This document shows positions 8,573-17,378 of a stretch of DNA of 64,000 nucleotides, in pieces; within the stretch, counting starts at the first letter, position 1; every line of letters starts with the position of its first letter. The notes beneath the pieces were generated by a model. That model saw only the letters and a program-made list of their open reading frames with translations. It did not search any database and was not told the DNA's origin. The DNA comes from Dehalococcoidales bacterium (GTDB lineage Bacteria > Chloroflexota > Dehalococcoidia > Dehalococcoidales > RBG-16-60-22), in the NCBI GenBank assembly GCA_028712355.1, contig JAQTQH010000002.1, forward strand, positions 5,398 to 69,397, given 5' to 3'. The position numbers and the translations under genes are program-made.

Positions 8573-10117
8573 ATGAAAAAGCACTACGATTATATCATCG
8601 TCGGGAGCGGCATCGCCGGGCTGTACACCGCCCTGCTCGCCAGAGAACTGGGCAGCGTGCTCATCATCACCAAGGGCAGCATCAGCGAATGCAACACCAA
8701 ATATGCCCAGGGCGGCATCGCGGCAGCCATCGGCCGGGGAGACTCCCCGGAACTGCACTTCCGTGATACTATCAATGCCGGCGATGGTCTGTCTGCCGAA
8801 GAAGCCGTACGCATCCTGGTCACCGAAGCCCCCGACCGCATCACCGATCTGGTCCATTTCGGCGTGCCGTTCGATACTCTGGAGGGGCAAATTGCCCTCA
8901 CGATGGAAGCCGCCCACAGCATGCCCCGCATCCTTCACGCCGGCGGCGATGCTACCGGCGAATACATCGAGCTTACGCTGAGCCGTCAGGTGCTATCGAC
9001 CAAAATACCCGTCCTGGAAAATGTCCTCGCTACCGAGATAGTCATGGAGCGCGGTTGCGCCTGCGGCATCAAAACCCTCGATTGTAAAACGGGTGTCCGG
9101 CAGGAATTCGGCGGGCGCTTCCTGATTGTGGCGACCGGCGGCGCCGGACAGCTTTATAAATTCAACACCAACTCGGAAATCGCCACCGGCGATGGCATCG
9201 CGCTGGCATGGCAAGCCGGTGCTGAAATTGCTGATATGGAGTTCTACCAGTTCCACCCCACCGCCCTGCATATGCCCGGTGTACCGGTCTTTCTTATTAC
9301 CGAAGCCGTGCGCGGCGAGGGCGGCATCCTGCGCAACAACCACGGGCGCGCCTTCATGCATGACTATACTCCTCAGGGAGAGCTGGCACCGCGGGATATC
9401 GTCGCGCGGAGTATTATTTATGAAATGGCAAAGACCGGCACGGATAACGTTTTTCTTGATGTCACACACCTGCCGCGCCAGCTCGTCACAACACGCTTCC
9501 CGCATATCTATCAATTTTGCTTGAGTCACGGTCTGGATATTACGAAGGAACCCATACCCGTAGCACCGGCAGCCCACTACATGATGGGCGGTATTAAAAC
9601 CAATGCCTGGGGAGAGAGCAGTATTCCGGGGCTGTTCGCGGCGGGTGAAGTCGCCTGCACCGGTGTACACGGGGCTAATCGCCTTGCGTCCAATTCCATG
9701 CTGGAAGTAGTTGTTTTCAGCAAGCGGATTGTCGAAAAAACGCGCGTCAAGGAAACCAGAAATTCCTCTGCCCTCAAGAAAAGTAACGATATTCGCACGA
9801 CGCTCAGCGAACTTAAGGGAGTAACAGAATCGCTGCCCAGCTTCACCGCTCTCCAGCAGGTTATGTGGGAGAATGTCGGTGTGATTCGCAACCGGGAAGG
9901 ACTGACCCGCGCGGCGGCTACGCTGGCGACCTGGCAGAAGTCACTCCCCGCTCCAGCTGACCGCCCTTCTTACGAGATGCATCACCTGGTGCTGACCGCC
10001 CGATTGGTCACCGAAGCAGCGTCACTGCGCGAGGAGAGCCGCGGAGCACACTTCCGCGATGATTTCCCTCAGCATTCCCCAGACTGGCAGAAACACATTA
10101 TATTTACAAATGCTTGA
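8573..10117 (+). CDS. nadB: L-aspartate oxidase
   Basis: 514 aa with YDYIIVGSGIAGL (FAD-binding), HPTAL and ESRGAHFRDDFP. Confidence 0.92.
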   Translation: MKKHYDYIIVGSGIAGLYTALLARELGSVLIITKGSISECNTKYAQGGIAAAIGRGDSPELHFRDTINAGDGLSAEEAVRILVTEAPDRITDLVHFGVPFDTLEGQIALTMEAAHSMPRILHAGGDATGEYIELTLSRQVLSTKIPVLENVLATEIVMERGCACGIKTLDCKTGVRQEFGGRFLIVATGGAGQLYKFNTNSEIATGDGIALAWQAGAEIADMEFYQFHPTALHMPGVPVFLITEAVRGEGGILRNNHGRAFMHDYTPQGELAPRDIVARSIIYEMAKTGTDNVFLDVTHLPRQLVTTRFPHIYQFCLSHGLDITKEPIPVAPAAHYMMGGIKTNAWGESSIPGLFAAGEVACTGVHGANRLASNSMLEVVVFSKRIVEKTRVKETRNSSALKKSNDIRTTLSELKGVTESLPSFTALQQVMWENVGVIRNREGLTRAAATLATWQKSLPAPADRPSYEMHHLVLTARLVTEAASLREESRGAHFRDDFPQHSPDWQKHIIFTNA

Positions 10118-10988
10118 ATTTGATATACCCGAAGAACAAATTAATACCGTTATCAATTTTGCGCTGGCGGAAGACTCTGGCCACGGTGATGTCACCAGCG
10201 AAGCCATTATTCCCGCCAATCTGGAGGGTACCGCTGCACTGCTGGTCAAAGCCGAAGGCGTGCTCGCCGGCGGGGAAGTCTTCCGGAAGGTCTTTGCAAA
10301 GATAGACCCAACGCTGAAGATAGAAATCCTTATTCCCGACGGAATGAATATCAAACACGGTGACATCGCCGTCACAATCTCAGGCAAGGTACGCAGCATC
10401 CTGAAAGGCGAGCGGACGGCGCTCAATTTTATCCAGCGGCTGAGCGGCATCGCCACGCTGACGCGCCAGTACGTAAATGAAATCAGCGGTACCAGAGCAG
10501 GTATCTATGACACGCGCAAGACAACGCCGGGATTAAGGCTGCTTGAGAAGTATGCCGTGCGCGCCGGCGGCGGGAGAAACCACCGTCTGCATCTCGGCGA
10601 TGCTGTCCTGATAAAGGACAACCACCTCGCGGCACTGCGCAAACCCGGCCTGAGTTTTAAGGAAATCATGGCCCGGGCGAAGCAAAATGCGCCCCGGGGA
10701 ATTATTATTGAAATAGAAGTAACCACTCCGCAGGAAGCTCAGGAGGCGGCAGCGGCAGGCGCGAATATCGTCATGCTGGACAACATGAGCCTCGAGGCGA
10801 TGCAAGAAGCAGTGAAGCTGGTACGTGGGCGATGCCGGATTGAAGCTTCGGGGGGAATCAACCTGTCCAATGTCCGTCAAGTCGCCACGACCGGAGTGGA
10901 TATCATCTCCATCGGGGCGCTGACCCATTCTCCGAAGGCGCTGGACATCAGTCTGGAGCTTGAGCCGGAGAGCATGAAGCTGAGCTAG
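10110..10988 (+). CDS. nadC: nicotinate-nucleotide pyrophosphorylase (carboxylating)
   Basis: It contains DTRKTTPGLRLLEKYAVRAGGGRNHR. I chose ATG 10110 (MLEFDIPEEQ), which overlaps the nadB stop as ATGCTTGA. The track start at 10059 adds 17 codons inside nadB. Confidence 0.9.
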   Translation: MLEFDIPEEQINTVINFALAEDSGHGDVTSEAIIPANLEGTAALLVKAEGVLAGGEVFRKVFAKIDPTLKIEILIPDGMNIKHGDIAVTISGKVRSILKGERTALNFIQRLSGIATLTRQYVNEISGTRAGIYDTRKTTPGLRLLEKYAVRAGGGRNHRLHLGDAVLIKDNHLAALRKPGLSFKEIMARAKQNAPRGIIIEIEVTTPQEAQEAAAAGANIVMLDNMSLEAMQEAVKLVRGRCRIEASGGINLSNVRQVATTGVDIISIGALTHSPKALDISLELEPESMKLS

Positions 10989-11179
10989 TCTTTCAAGTCC
11001 ACCAGAGTAATCGTGTGGTTCAGGAAGTCCACTTCTTTGAGGCTGGCGTTAATCTCTTTCCGTTCGCCGAAGAGGGTTTTTAACGTGACTTTTCCCCCTT
11101 GCACTGCCAGCGAGGCCACTTCTTCCATCAGGAGCTCACGTTCTGTACCCTGCTCAACATACAACTTGGAAAGGCACAT
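10985..11179 (-). CDS. CooT-like small nickel-binding/RNA-chaperone-fold protein
   Basis: 64 aa. The N-terminal Met-Cys (MCLSKLYVE) and the ~63-aa size are hallmarks of the CooT family. This rests on recollection of the family, not on a search. Confidence 0.55.
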   Translation of the reverse strand: MCLSKLYVEQGTERELLMEEVASLAVQGGKVTLKTLFGERKEINASLKEVDFLNHTITLVDLKD

Positions 11180-11182
11180 CTT

Positions 11183-11410
11183 TCATCCTCCCAGTTTCTT
11201 TAAGGCTTGCAAAAGATAATCGCCAGAGCGGTGCATTTCCCGGGCCGCTTTCTGCATCAGGTTATCAACCTCAGCTTCGCCGAGAATTTTCGCTTTCTCC
11301 GCCCACTCCCGGAACTCGTCACGGTGCTCGTTATTATGTTCGACCCAGTGCGCCAGCAGGATTTTAAGCTTTTCGCGGTCACTGTTAGCCACGACTTTCA
11401 CCCCACTCAT
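11183..11410 (-). CDS. hypothetical small helical protein with His-rich HWVEHNNEH motif
   Basis: 75 aa. It overlaps the dtd stop by 4 nt and ends 3 nt before the CooT-like gene, consistent with an operon. I recognise no family with confidence. Confidence 0.55.
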   Translation of the reverse strand: MSGVKVVANSDREKLKILLAHWVEHNNEHRDEFREWAEKAKILGEAEVDNLMQKAAREMHRSGDYLLQALKKLGG

Positions 11411-11868
11411 TCCGGCAACGGCATTTTGTCCCGGCTATCCAGCATGATAGTCACCGGGCCGTCATTATGAATTGCTACCATCATATGCTGTTGAAACCGC
11501 CCGGTGGCTACTCTAAGTCCGGTCTCGCGCGCCAGGCGGACGAATTCGTTGAACAGTTCCTCCGCCTGCCCCGGCGGAGCGGCATCCGTAAAGCTGGGGC
11601 GCCGACCTTTGCGTGCGTCTGCCAGCAAAGTGAACTGGCTCACCAGCAGCAGTTCGCCGCCAGTGTCCTGTGCGGAAAGGTTAAATTTACCCTGAGCATC
11701 CTCAAAGATACGCAGGCCGGCAATCTTGTCCACAAGGTATTGCGCATCTTTAACCGTATCACCATTGGCGACTCCCACCAGGACTACCAGCCCCCGCCCG
11801 ATACTGCCGACTTCCTCGCCGCCAACGCTGACCGAGGCATAGCTGACCCGCTGAAGGAGCGCCTTCAT
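11407..11868 (-). CDS. dtd: D-aminoacyl-tRNA deacylase
   Basis: 153 aa with MKALLQRVSYASVSV...GRGLVVLVGV and SQFTLLADARKGRRPSF. Confidence 0.9.
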   Translation of the reverse strand: MKALLQRVSYASVSVGGEEVGSIGRGLVVLVGVANGDTVKDAQYLVDKIAGLRIFEDAQGKFNLSAQDTGGELLLVSQFTLLADARKGRRPSFTDAAPPGQAEELFNEFVRLARETGLRVATGRFQQHMMVAIHNDGPVTIMLDSRDKMPLPE

Positions 11869-11872
11869 GCTG

Positions 11873-12148
11873 TCATTTTCCTTTGGCGGGCTCCGTTGAC
11901 GTGCTTGCTTCAGGGGTTTCCGCTTTCGGAGCAGCTGGCTTGGGAGTATCTACTTCTCGCGGTTCCTTACCTTTACGGCTCTCCGTAATATAAAAGCCGC
12001 CCGCTTTAAAAAGAATGGGCGCGGGATGCAGCACACGCCGGGCTTTACCACCGCAGGCGGAGCAGGTCGTCACCGGTTCGGCATCAAAGCCCTGCTTCAA
12101 CTCGAAACGGCAGCGGCACCTACCGCATTCGTATTCATAGATAGGCAT
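11873..12148 (-). CDS. FmdB-family zinc-ribbon protein
   Basis: MPIYEYECGRCRCRFE...CSACGG is the classic FmdB/CxxC-CxxC ribbon. Confidence 0.8.
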   Translation of the reverse strand: MPIYEYECGRCRCRFELKQGFDAEPVTTCSACGGKARRVLHPAPILFKAGGFYITESRKGKEPREVDTPKPAAPKAETPEASTSTEPAKGK

Positions 12149-12385
12149 GCCACATCACCTCAAATACTATTTCTCCATTTATTTTAGCGCAACAGCTTCG
12201 GGATAGGCAAACATTTATCGTCCTCTGGACTTGACGCCGAAAAAGAGTTATTATTAATCAGTAAAACTTGGGAGGCAGGTAACATGTATTTGGTTGGTCC
12301 CGCCTTTCCTGTTCATATTGTCAGAGAGAATAGAAGCACTGTGCTGTCATAAGCCAGTGCTTTATAGTTTTAAGGAGGTATTGCC

Positions 12386-12649
12386 ATGATGCAGTCAAGC
12401 CTGATTGGAAAAGTTGAAAAAGCCAAACGATACGCCCAGGAGACTGAACGGGTTACCTTCCTTGACCTTGCCGTGAATTTCCGCGGTGAAAACAGCACTT
12501 ATCAGACTGCCTACAAGGATGGCAAATGGCAGTGTTCCTGCTCTTTCTTCGCCAGCTGGGGCCTGTGCTGCCACACGATGGCAATGGAAAAAATCCTGGG
12601 CAAAATGCTGCCGGCTGAGGCGCTGACCACGCCCGTCGAGATGCGATAG
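12386..12649 (+). CDS. stand-alone SWIM zinc-finger protein
   Basis: 87 aa. WQCSCSFFASWGLCCHTMAM fits the CxCxnCxH SWIM signature. A strong SD (TAAGGAGG) lies 7 nt upstream. Confidence 0.7.
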   Translation: MMQSSLIGKVEKAKRYAQETERVTFLDLAVNFRGENSTYQTAYKDGKWQCSCSFFASWGLCCHTMAMEKILGKMLPAEALTTPVEMR

Positions 12650-12691
12650 TCTCTGAATAAGGCAGATTTTTCGCTGAAGGCAGGTAAAATT

Positions 12692-13498
12692 GTGAATTTT
12701 ATCGCCAAGCTGGCAGATGCCGCACGGAATAATAAAAGCCTCGTTTGTGTCGGGCTCGATCCCGACCCCAGGCTGATGCCCCCGGGAGTAGAACTGGCCG
12801 AGTTTAACCGGACGATTATCGATGCCACCGCCGACCTCGTCTGCGCTTACAAGCCCAACCTTGCCTTTTATGAAGCTCTGGGCGTCCCCGGACTGGAAGC
12901 TTTACAGGAGACGGTCCGCCATGTCCCGAAGAATATCCCTGTTATCGGCGATGCCAAGCGGGGGGACATCGGCAATACCGCCAAAGCTTACGCCCGCGCC
13001 CTTTTCGATAATTTCAACTTCGATGCGGCAACCGTCAGCCCTTATCTTGGCTTTGATTCTGTCGAGCCTTTCCTGCAATATCAAGACCGCGGCATCTTTA
13101 TCCTTTGCCGCACTTCCAACAAAGGCGCCACCGATTTCCAGTCGCTCCAGGTACAACCGGACAATCTTCCCTTGTTCGAGATAGTCGCCCGCAAAGCCAG
13201 CCAGTGGAACACCGGCGGCAACATCGGGCTGGTGGTCGGCGCGACCTACCCCGAAGAGCTCAAACAAATTCGGCAGACGTACCCCGATATGCCGCTGCTG
13301 ATTCCCGGCGTCGGCGCGCAGGGCGGCGACCTGGCGCAGGTGGTCAGTTACGGCGTTGATGCCCGGCGGGAAAAGACCATCATCAATTCTTCACGGGGTA
13401 TTCTATATGCCTCGTCGGGCAAGGACTTCGCCACAGCGGCGCGGCGGGCGGCCAGAGAACTGCGCTACCAGATAAACCAGCTCCTTGACAAGGGATAG
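12692..13498 (+). CDS. pyrF: orotidine 5'-phosphate decarboxylase (type 2)
   Basis: 268 aa with a GTG start. It contains LVCVGLDP, DAKRGDIGNT and PGVGAQGGD. Confidence 0.9.
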   Translation: MNFIAKLADAARNNKSLVCVGLDPDPRLMPPGVELAEFNRTIIDATADLVCAYKPNLAFYEALGVPGLEALQETVRHVPKNIPVIGDAKRGDIGNTAKAYARALFDNFNFDAATVSPYLGFDSVEPFLQYQDRGIFILCRTSNKGATDFQSLQVQPDNLPLFEIVARKASQWNTGGNIGLVVGATYPEELKQIRQTYPDMPLLIPGVGAQGGDLAQVVSYGVDARREKTIINSSRGILYASSGKDFATAARRAARELRYQINQLLDKG

Positions 13499-13500
13499 GA

Positions 13501-13692
13501 ATGGTCGTTGAACTGCGCCTCGGCGATGTCGTCCGCCTCAAGAAACTCCACCCCTGCGGCGGCGATAGCTGGGTGGTGGTGCGGCTGGGAGCGGATATCG
13601 GCATCGTTTGTCTCAAGTGCCAGCACCGCATTCTCATCGCCCGCAGCACCCTAGAACGCCGCATCAAAGAGTTCATCACGCGGGGGAAATAA
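13501..13692 (+). CDS. DUF951 family protein
   Basis: 63 aa. LGDVVRLKKLHPCGGDSWVVVRLGADIGIVCLKCQHRILIARSTLERRIK matches the DUF951 pattern. Confidence 0.75.
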   Translation: MVVELRLGDVVRLKKLHPCGGDSWVVVRLGADIGIVCLKCQHRILIARSTLERRIKEFITRGK

Positions 13693-14912
13693 TGGCGCGC
13701 CGCATCATGCTTATTGACCTCGATGCCTTCTTTGTTTCGGTAGAACAGGTGCTTAATCCCGAACTCAAAGGCAAGCCAGTCGTCGTGGGGGGCAAGCCCG
13801 ACCGCCGCGGCGTGGTCGCCGCCGCTTCCTACGAAGCCCGCACCTTCGGTCTGCGCTCCGGAATGCCGCTGGCTACCGCCGTCCGCCTCTGTCCGCAGGC
13901 AATCTTCATCGAGGGTAATTTCCACCGCTACCGGGAGTTTTCCGAAAAGTTCATGGCAATACTCGCCGATTTTTCCCCGTTCCTGGAACCTGCCGGTTTG
14001 GACGAAGCTTACCTGGATGCCACCGGATTCGAATCGCTGCACGGCTCGGCAAGCATGATGGCAAAGAAAATAAAACAGCGTGTCAAAGATGAGCTCGGTC
14101 TGCCGGTTTCCATCGGCATCGCTTCCGGTAAAGTAATTGCCAAGGTCGCCTGTGAACAGTCCAAGCCGGACGGTCTGCTGGAAACAGCCCCCGGCAGCGA
14201 AGGAGATTTTCTCCGTCCCCTGCCGGTGGGCAGGCTGCCCGGCATCGGCAAAAAGAGCGAGGCGGTTTTAAAAGGTCTGGGTATCACTACCATCGGTGAA
14301 CTGGCTAAAGCGCCGGTGAAGTTGCTCGGGCATTACTTCGGCTCTTACGCGACAGTCCTCCACGAACACGCCAGCGGCATCGATGAAAGCCCGGTAACGC
14401 CGCCCGGCCCGGCGAAGTCCATAAGTCGTGAGACGACCTTTGCTAAAGATACCCGCGACCTTACTTTTTTGCTGGCGACACTGCGCTACCTCGCTGAGCA
14501 GGTGGGCAGTGAATTAAGAGAAACCGGTAAGCAAGCCCGCTGTATCAACATCAAGCTCAGGTACGCCGATTTTACCACCATCACCCGCCAGCATACTCTG
14601 GAACAACCCGCCTCCGCCGACCAGACTATTTTTGAAACCGGCGCCAGACTGTTGGAGAAGGAGCTGCGCACTGAAAAACAAAGGGTGCGGCTTATCGGCA
14701 CCGGAGTAAGCAACCTGGTGGAAGGCAGCCAGCAGACCAGCATGCTGGATACCAGGACGCCGCGGCTGGCAAAGCTCAACGCCACCATCGACCGCATCCG
14801 GGAGCGGTACGGTTTTACCGCCATCCAGACCGGGCGTACTTTCCTGTTGAAAGACCTTTTTGAAAAAGACGAAGACGGATATTCCCTGCACACGCCGGGA
14901 CTTTCCGGTTAG
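13692..14912 (+). CDS. dinB: DNA polymerase IV
   Basis: It contains MARRIMLIDLDAFFVSVEQ and SIGIASGKVIAKVA. ATG 13692 overlaps the DUF951 stop as TAATG. The track start at 13608 adds 28 codons inside DUF951. Confidence 0.9.
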   Translation: MARRIMLIDLDAFFVSVEQVLNPELKGKPVVVGGKPDRRGVVAAASYEARTFGLRSGMPLATAVRLCPQAIFIEGNFHRYREFSEKFMAILADFSPFLEPAGLDEAYLDATGFESLHGSASMMAKKIKQRVKDELGLPVSIGIASGKVIAKVACEQSKPDGLLETAPGSEGDFLRPLPVGRLPGIGKKSEAVLKGLGITTIGELAKAPVKLLGHYFGSYATVLHEHASGIDESPVTPPGPAKSISRETTFAKDTRDLTFLLATLRYLAEQVGSELRETGKQARCINIKLRYADFTTITRQHTLEQPASADQTIFETGARLLEKELRTEKQRVRLIGTGVSNLVEGSQQTSMLDTRTPRLAKLNATIDRIRERYGFTAIQTGRTFLLKDLFEKDEDGYSLHTPGLSG

Positions 14913-14915
14913 TAA

Positions 14916-15404
14916 CTACTTCTTGTTCTCCAGTTCGATATAGATATCGCCACTGATGGGGTAGATTAACTCCAGGAAAGCGGTTACCTTAGTTTCTTCG
15001 TCACTCGTAGACGGATTGGTGAAAGTGAGAGTATAGCTCATGCCCTGTCCCTGCATAGCGGTAAAAGAAAAACGGTCGGAACTGACTCTACTGCCTGAGG
15101 TACCCGCCGGTTCCGTTCTATAAATGATAGAACTGCCTGCTACCTGAAAATTTACGTTGTTACCCTTCTCCAGATAGAAATACCCATCGACTTTGTCGCC
15201 ATCCGCCAGCTTCAGGAGCACCGGCACGCTCTGACCGGGCGCCACCTCGATTTTTAAATGATATAACTGCCATCTGCCATTAATTTCTGCCTTACGCAGT
15301 ATTTGCGGCCGTGCCGCGCTTGAAGAGATCCCGGATATCTCCCCACAACCTGCCGCAAATGTTACAAGAAACAGGATAATTACCAGAAAAACTTTTTTAG
15401 TCAT
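14916..15404 (-). CDS. hypothetical lipoprotein
   Basis: 162 aa. It has a signal peptide plus lipobox, MTKKVFLVIILFLVTFAAGC. Confidence 0.65.
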   Translation of the reverse strand: MTKKVFLVIILFLVTFAAGCGEISGISSSAARPQILRKAEINGRWQLYHLKIEVAPGQSVPVLLKLADGDKVDGYFYLEKGNNVNFQVAGSSIIYRTEPAGTSGSRVSSDRFSFTAMQGQGMSYTLTFTNPSTSDEETKVTAFLELIYPISGDIYIELENKK

Positions 15405-15519
15405 TCTAGAAAACTCATCTTAATGTTTTTCTTCTCCTAGCATATAACTGCAGGGAAGGTTAGTCAAACCTATTGTTATTTCACATTTTTACGTTTATAA
15501 TAACCACAAGGAGACCGAA

Positions 15520-15702
15520 ATGCCTGATATGAAACTGGCGATTACGGCGGTCGAGTATATCATCGGTACCGTTATCGCTATCGCGCTGGGCGATTACCTT
15601 GGCTATAAGATAGGCAGAATGCGTCTGGCGATTATCCTGGGAATCATCGCACTGGCAATCGTTGTACTCTTTACCATCTACGCCGCCGTCGTACTTGCCT
15701 GA
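15520..15702 (+). CDS. hypothetical small membrane protein (2 TM)
   Basis: 60 aa and hydrophobic. An AAGGAG SD lies 6 nt upstream of the ATG. Confidence 0.45.
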   Translation: MPDMKLAITAVEYIIGTVIAIALGDYLGYKIGRMRLAIILGIIALAIVVLFTIYAAVVLA

Positions 15703-15709
15703 TATTGAA

Positions 15710-16501
15710 ATGCAGGGTAAAGCAGTAGTCCTTGCCGTTGATGGCATACGAATTGCCGGTCAGCTTTATTTACCTGTCAGTGATAAGCCTCCGCCCGTAG
15801 TCTGCATCTGTCACGGAATACCATCCGGCAATCCGCCCGATCCGGCGGACGGCGGCTACCCGGCGTTGGCGGAAAAGTTCACCAGCTCCGGCTTCGCCGC
15901 ATTCATCTTTAACTTCCGAGGTTGCCGTAACAGCGGTGGCAACTTCGATATCCTGGGCTGGAGCCGCGACCTTCAGGCTGTACTGGGTTATCTTTACCGG
16001 CAGCCAGAAATCGATAAGACGCACATGGCCTTGCTGGGCTTCAGCGCCGGGGCGGCGGTTTCTGCTTACGTTGCCGCCGGAAACCCTCGCATTTCCTGCG
16101 TCGCGCTATGCGCCGGTCCGGCGGAGTTCAGCTTCCTCAATGATCCGTCCCAGTCCCTCCTCGACCATTTCCGCCGCATCGGCATCATCCGCGACGCTGG
16201 TTTTCCCGTTTCTACCGAGGACTGGGCCGACGGATTTAAAACCGTGACACCCGCCAATCACATCGCCGGGATTGCGCCGCGCCCGCTACTCATCATTCAC
16301 GGTACCAGTGATGATGTCGTAGACATCAGTCATGCGCGGCGACTTTACGCCGCAGCTGGAGAGCCGAAGCAGATGATTATCATCGAAGGCGCCGGGCACC
16401 GTCTGCGGCAGGACGAGCAGGCCATGAAGCTCGTCCTGGATTGGCTCAAATTGCGGCAAAGTACAATCTTCCCTGTATCATTAGGCACTCTCCCCGCTTA
16501 A
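15710..16501 (+). CDS. alpha/beta-fold hydrolase (dienelactone hydrolase / prolyl oligopeptidase-like); 3' end altered by island insertion
   Basis: It contains LLGFSAGAA (nucleophile elbow GxSxG), IIHGTSDDVVD and EGAGHRL. The start is taken at ATG 15710 (MQGKAVVL). The last 3 codons and the stop are supplied by the inserted element. Confidence 0.8.
   Translation: MQGKAVVLAVDGIRIAGQLYLPVSDKPPPVVCICHGIPSGNPPDPADGGYPALAEKFTSSGFAAFIFNFRGCRNSGGNFDILGWSRDLQAVLGYLYRQPEIDKTHMALLGFSAGAAVSAYVAAGNPRISCVALCAGPAEFSFLNDPSQSLLDHFRRIGIIRDAGFPVSTEDWADGFKTVTPANHIAGIAPRPLLIIHGTSDDVVDISHARRLYAAAGEPKQMIIIEGAGHRLRQDEQAMKLVLDWLKLRQSTIFPVSLGTLPA
16481..16491. repeat. left copy of 11-bp direct repeat TTAGGCACTCT
   Basis: The identical 11-mer occurs at 18991-19001. 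The two copies bracket the low-GC island. Confidence 0.8.
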
Positions 16502-17377
16502 TGGTAATTGCTCTGAGGGGTGAAACGGAATTACTTCATGAACACTGGTAACTGTATAATCTGTATCAGTTAAATTGCCATCCCCATCATATTTTTCCTC
16601 AATATCCATAGTTACTCTTAAAGCATCTTGCGGTTGTATATTAAATTCTCTAGCCTGAAATTTTAATAGCCATGATTTATCAGCCATTTTAGCCATGATG
16701 TTTTTATCCCCAAACCTAAACTCCCACATAGATTCCCCTAACAAATCGGGTTTCTTTACCTTAATTATCATTCCCCTTTGTGATTTTATCGTATTAGCAG
16801 TTAATAATTCCTGTAGTTTTTCTGGAGTCAGATTAAACGTTAAATTGAATGATGCTCGCTCTTGAGGGGTTATATAAGAAACTTTGTCCTGTGGTCTTAA
16901 ATATGAGACACCAGAAGATATTTTTTGGATGCTATCTAATAATTGGGTTAGGTCTATCGGGTTGTATATCGGCAGCCATCTGGAATTACTGTTTTTAGCT
17001 TCATTTAATAATTTTTCTCTTAATGGTTGTAATTCTGTAATATTGGTAATAGTCGTTTTCCCATTCAAATAATCTATGATGTAATACTTAGCTTTGACTA
17101 AATATTTACCGACTTGCGGTTTCCAATCAAGATGGTGTAAAGCACTATCGTCAACAGCATTCAAAGCATTACTAAGCCACGTTTTTATTGAACCTGTTTC
17201 TATGTCTTGTAAAATGAGAATGGTCTCAATATTATTATCAATCGATTTAGTCAATGCTTTATCAACACTTTGGAAAGTCTCTATCAGCTCCGTCATTGCC
17301 TTAAAAACTCTCTCAGGATTTGATGTGTTTTTTTCATAGTTTATTTCTAGGCAAAAATCAGCATTCGGCTTGTTCAT
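16481..17377 (-). CDS. hypothetical protein (298 aa), island cargo
   Basis: Long low-GC ORF whose ATG lies 1 nt after the transposase stop. I recognise no Walker A, nuclease or other motif. Its last codons and stop fall inside the left direct repeat. Confidence 0.6.
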   Translation of the reverse strand: MNKPNADFCLEINYEKNTSNPERVFKAMTELIETFQSVDKALTKSIDNNIETILILQDIETGSIKTWLSNALNAVDDSALHHLDWKPQVGKYLVKAKYYIIDYLNGKTTITNITELQPLREKLLNEAKNSNSRWLPIYNPIDLTQLLDSIQKISSGVSYLRPQDKVSYITPQERASFNLTFNLTPEKLQELLTANTIKSQRGMIIKVKKPDLLGESMWEFRFGDKNIMAKMADKSWLLKFQAREFNIQPQDALRVTMDIEEKYDGDGNLTDTDYTVTSVHEVIPFHPSEQLPLSGESA

Positions 17378-17378
17378 T

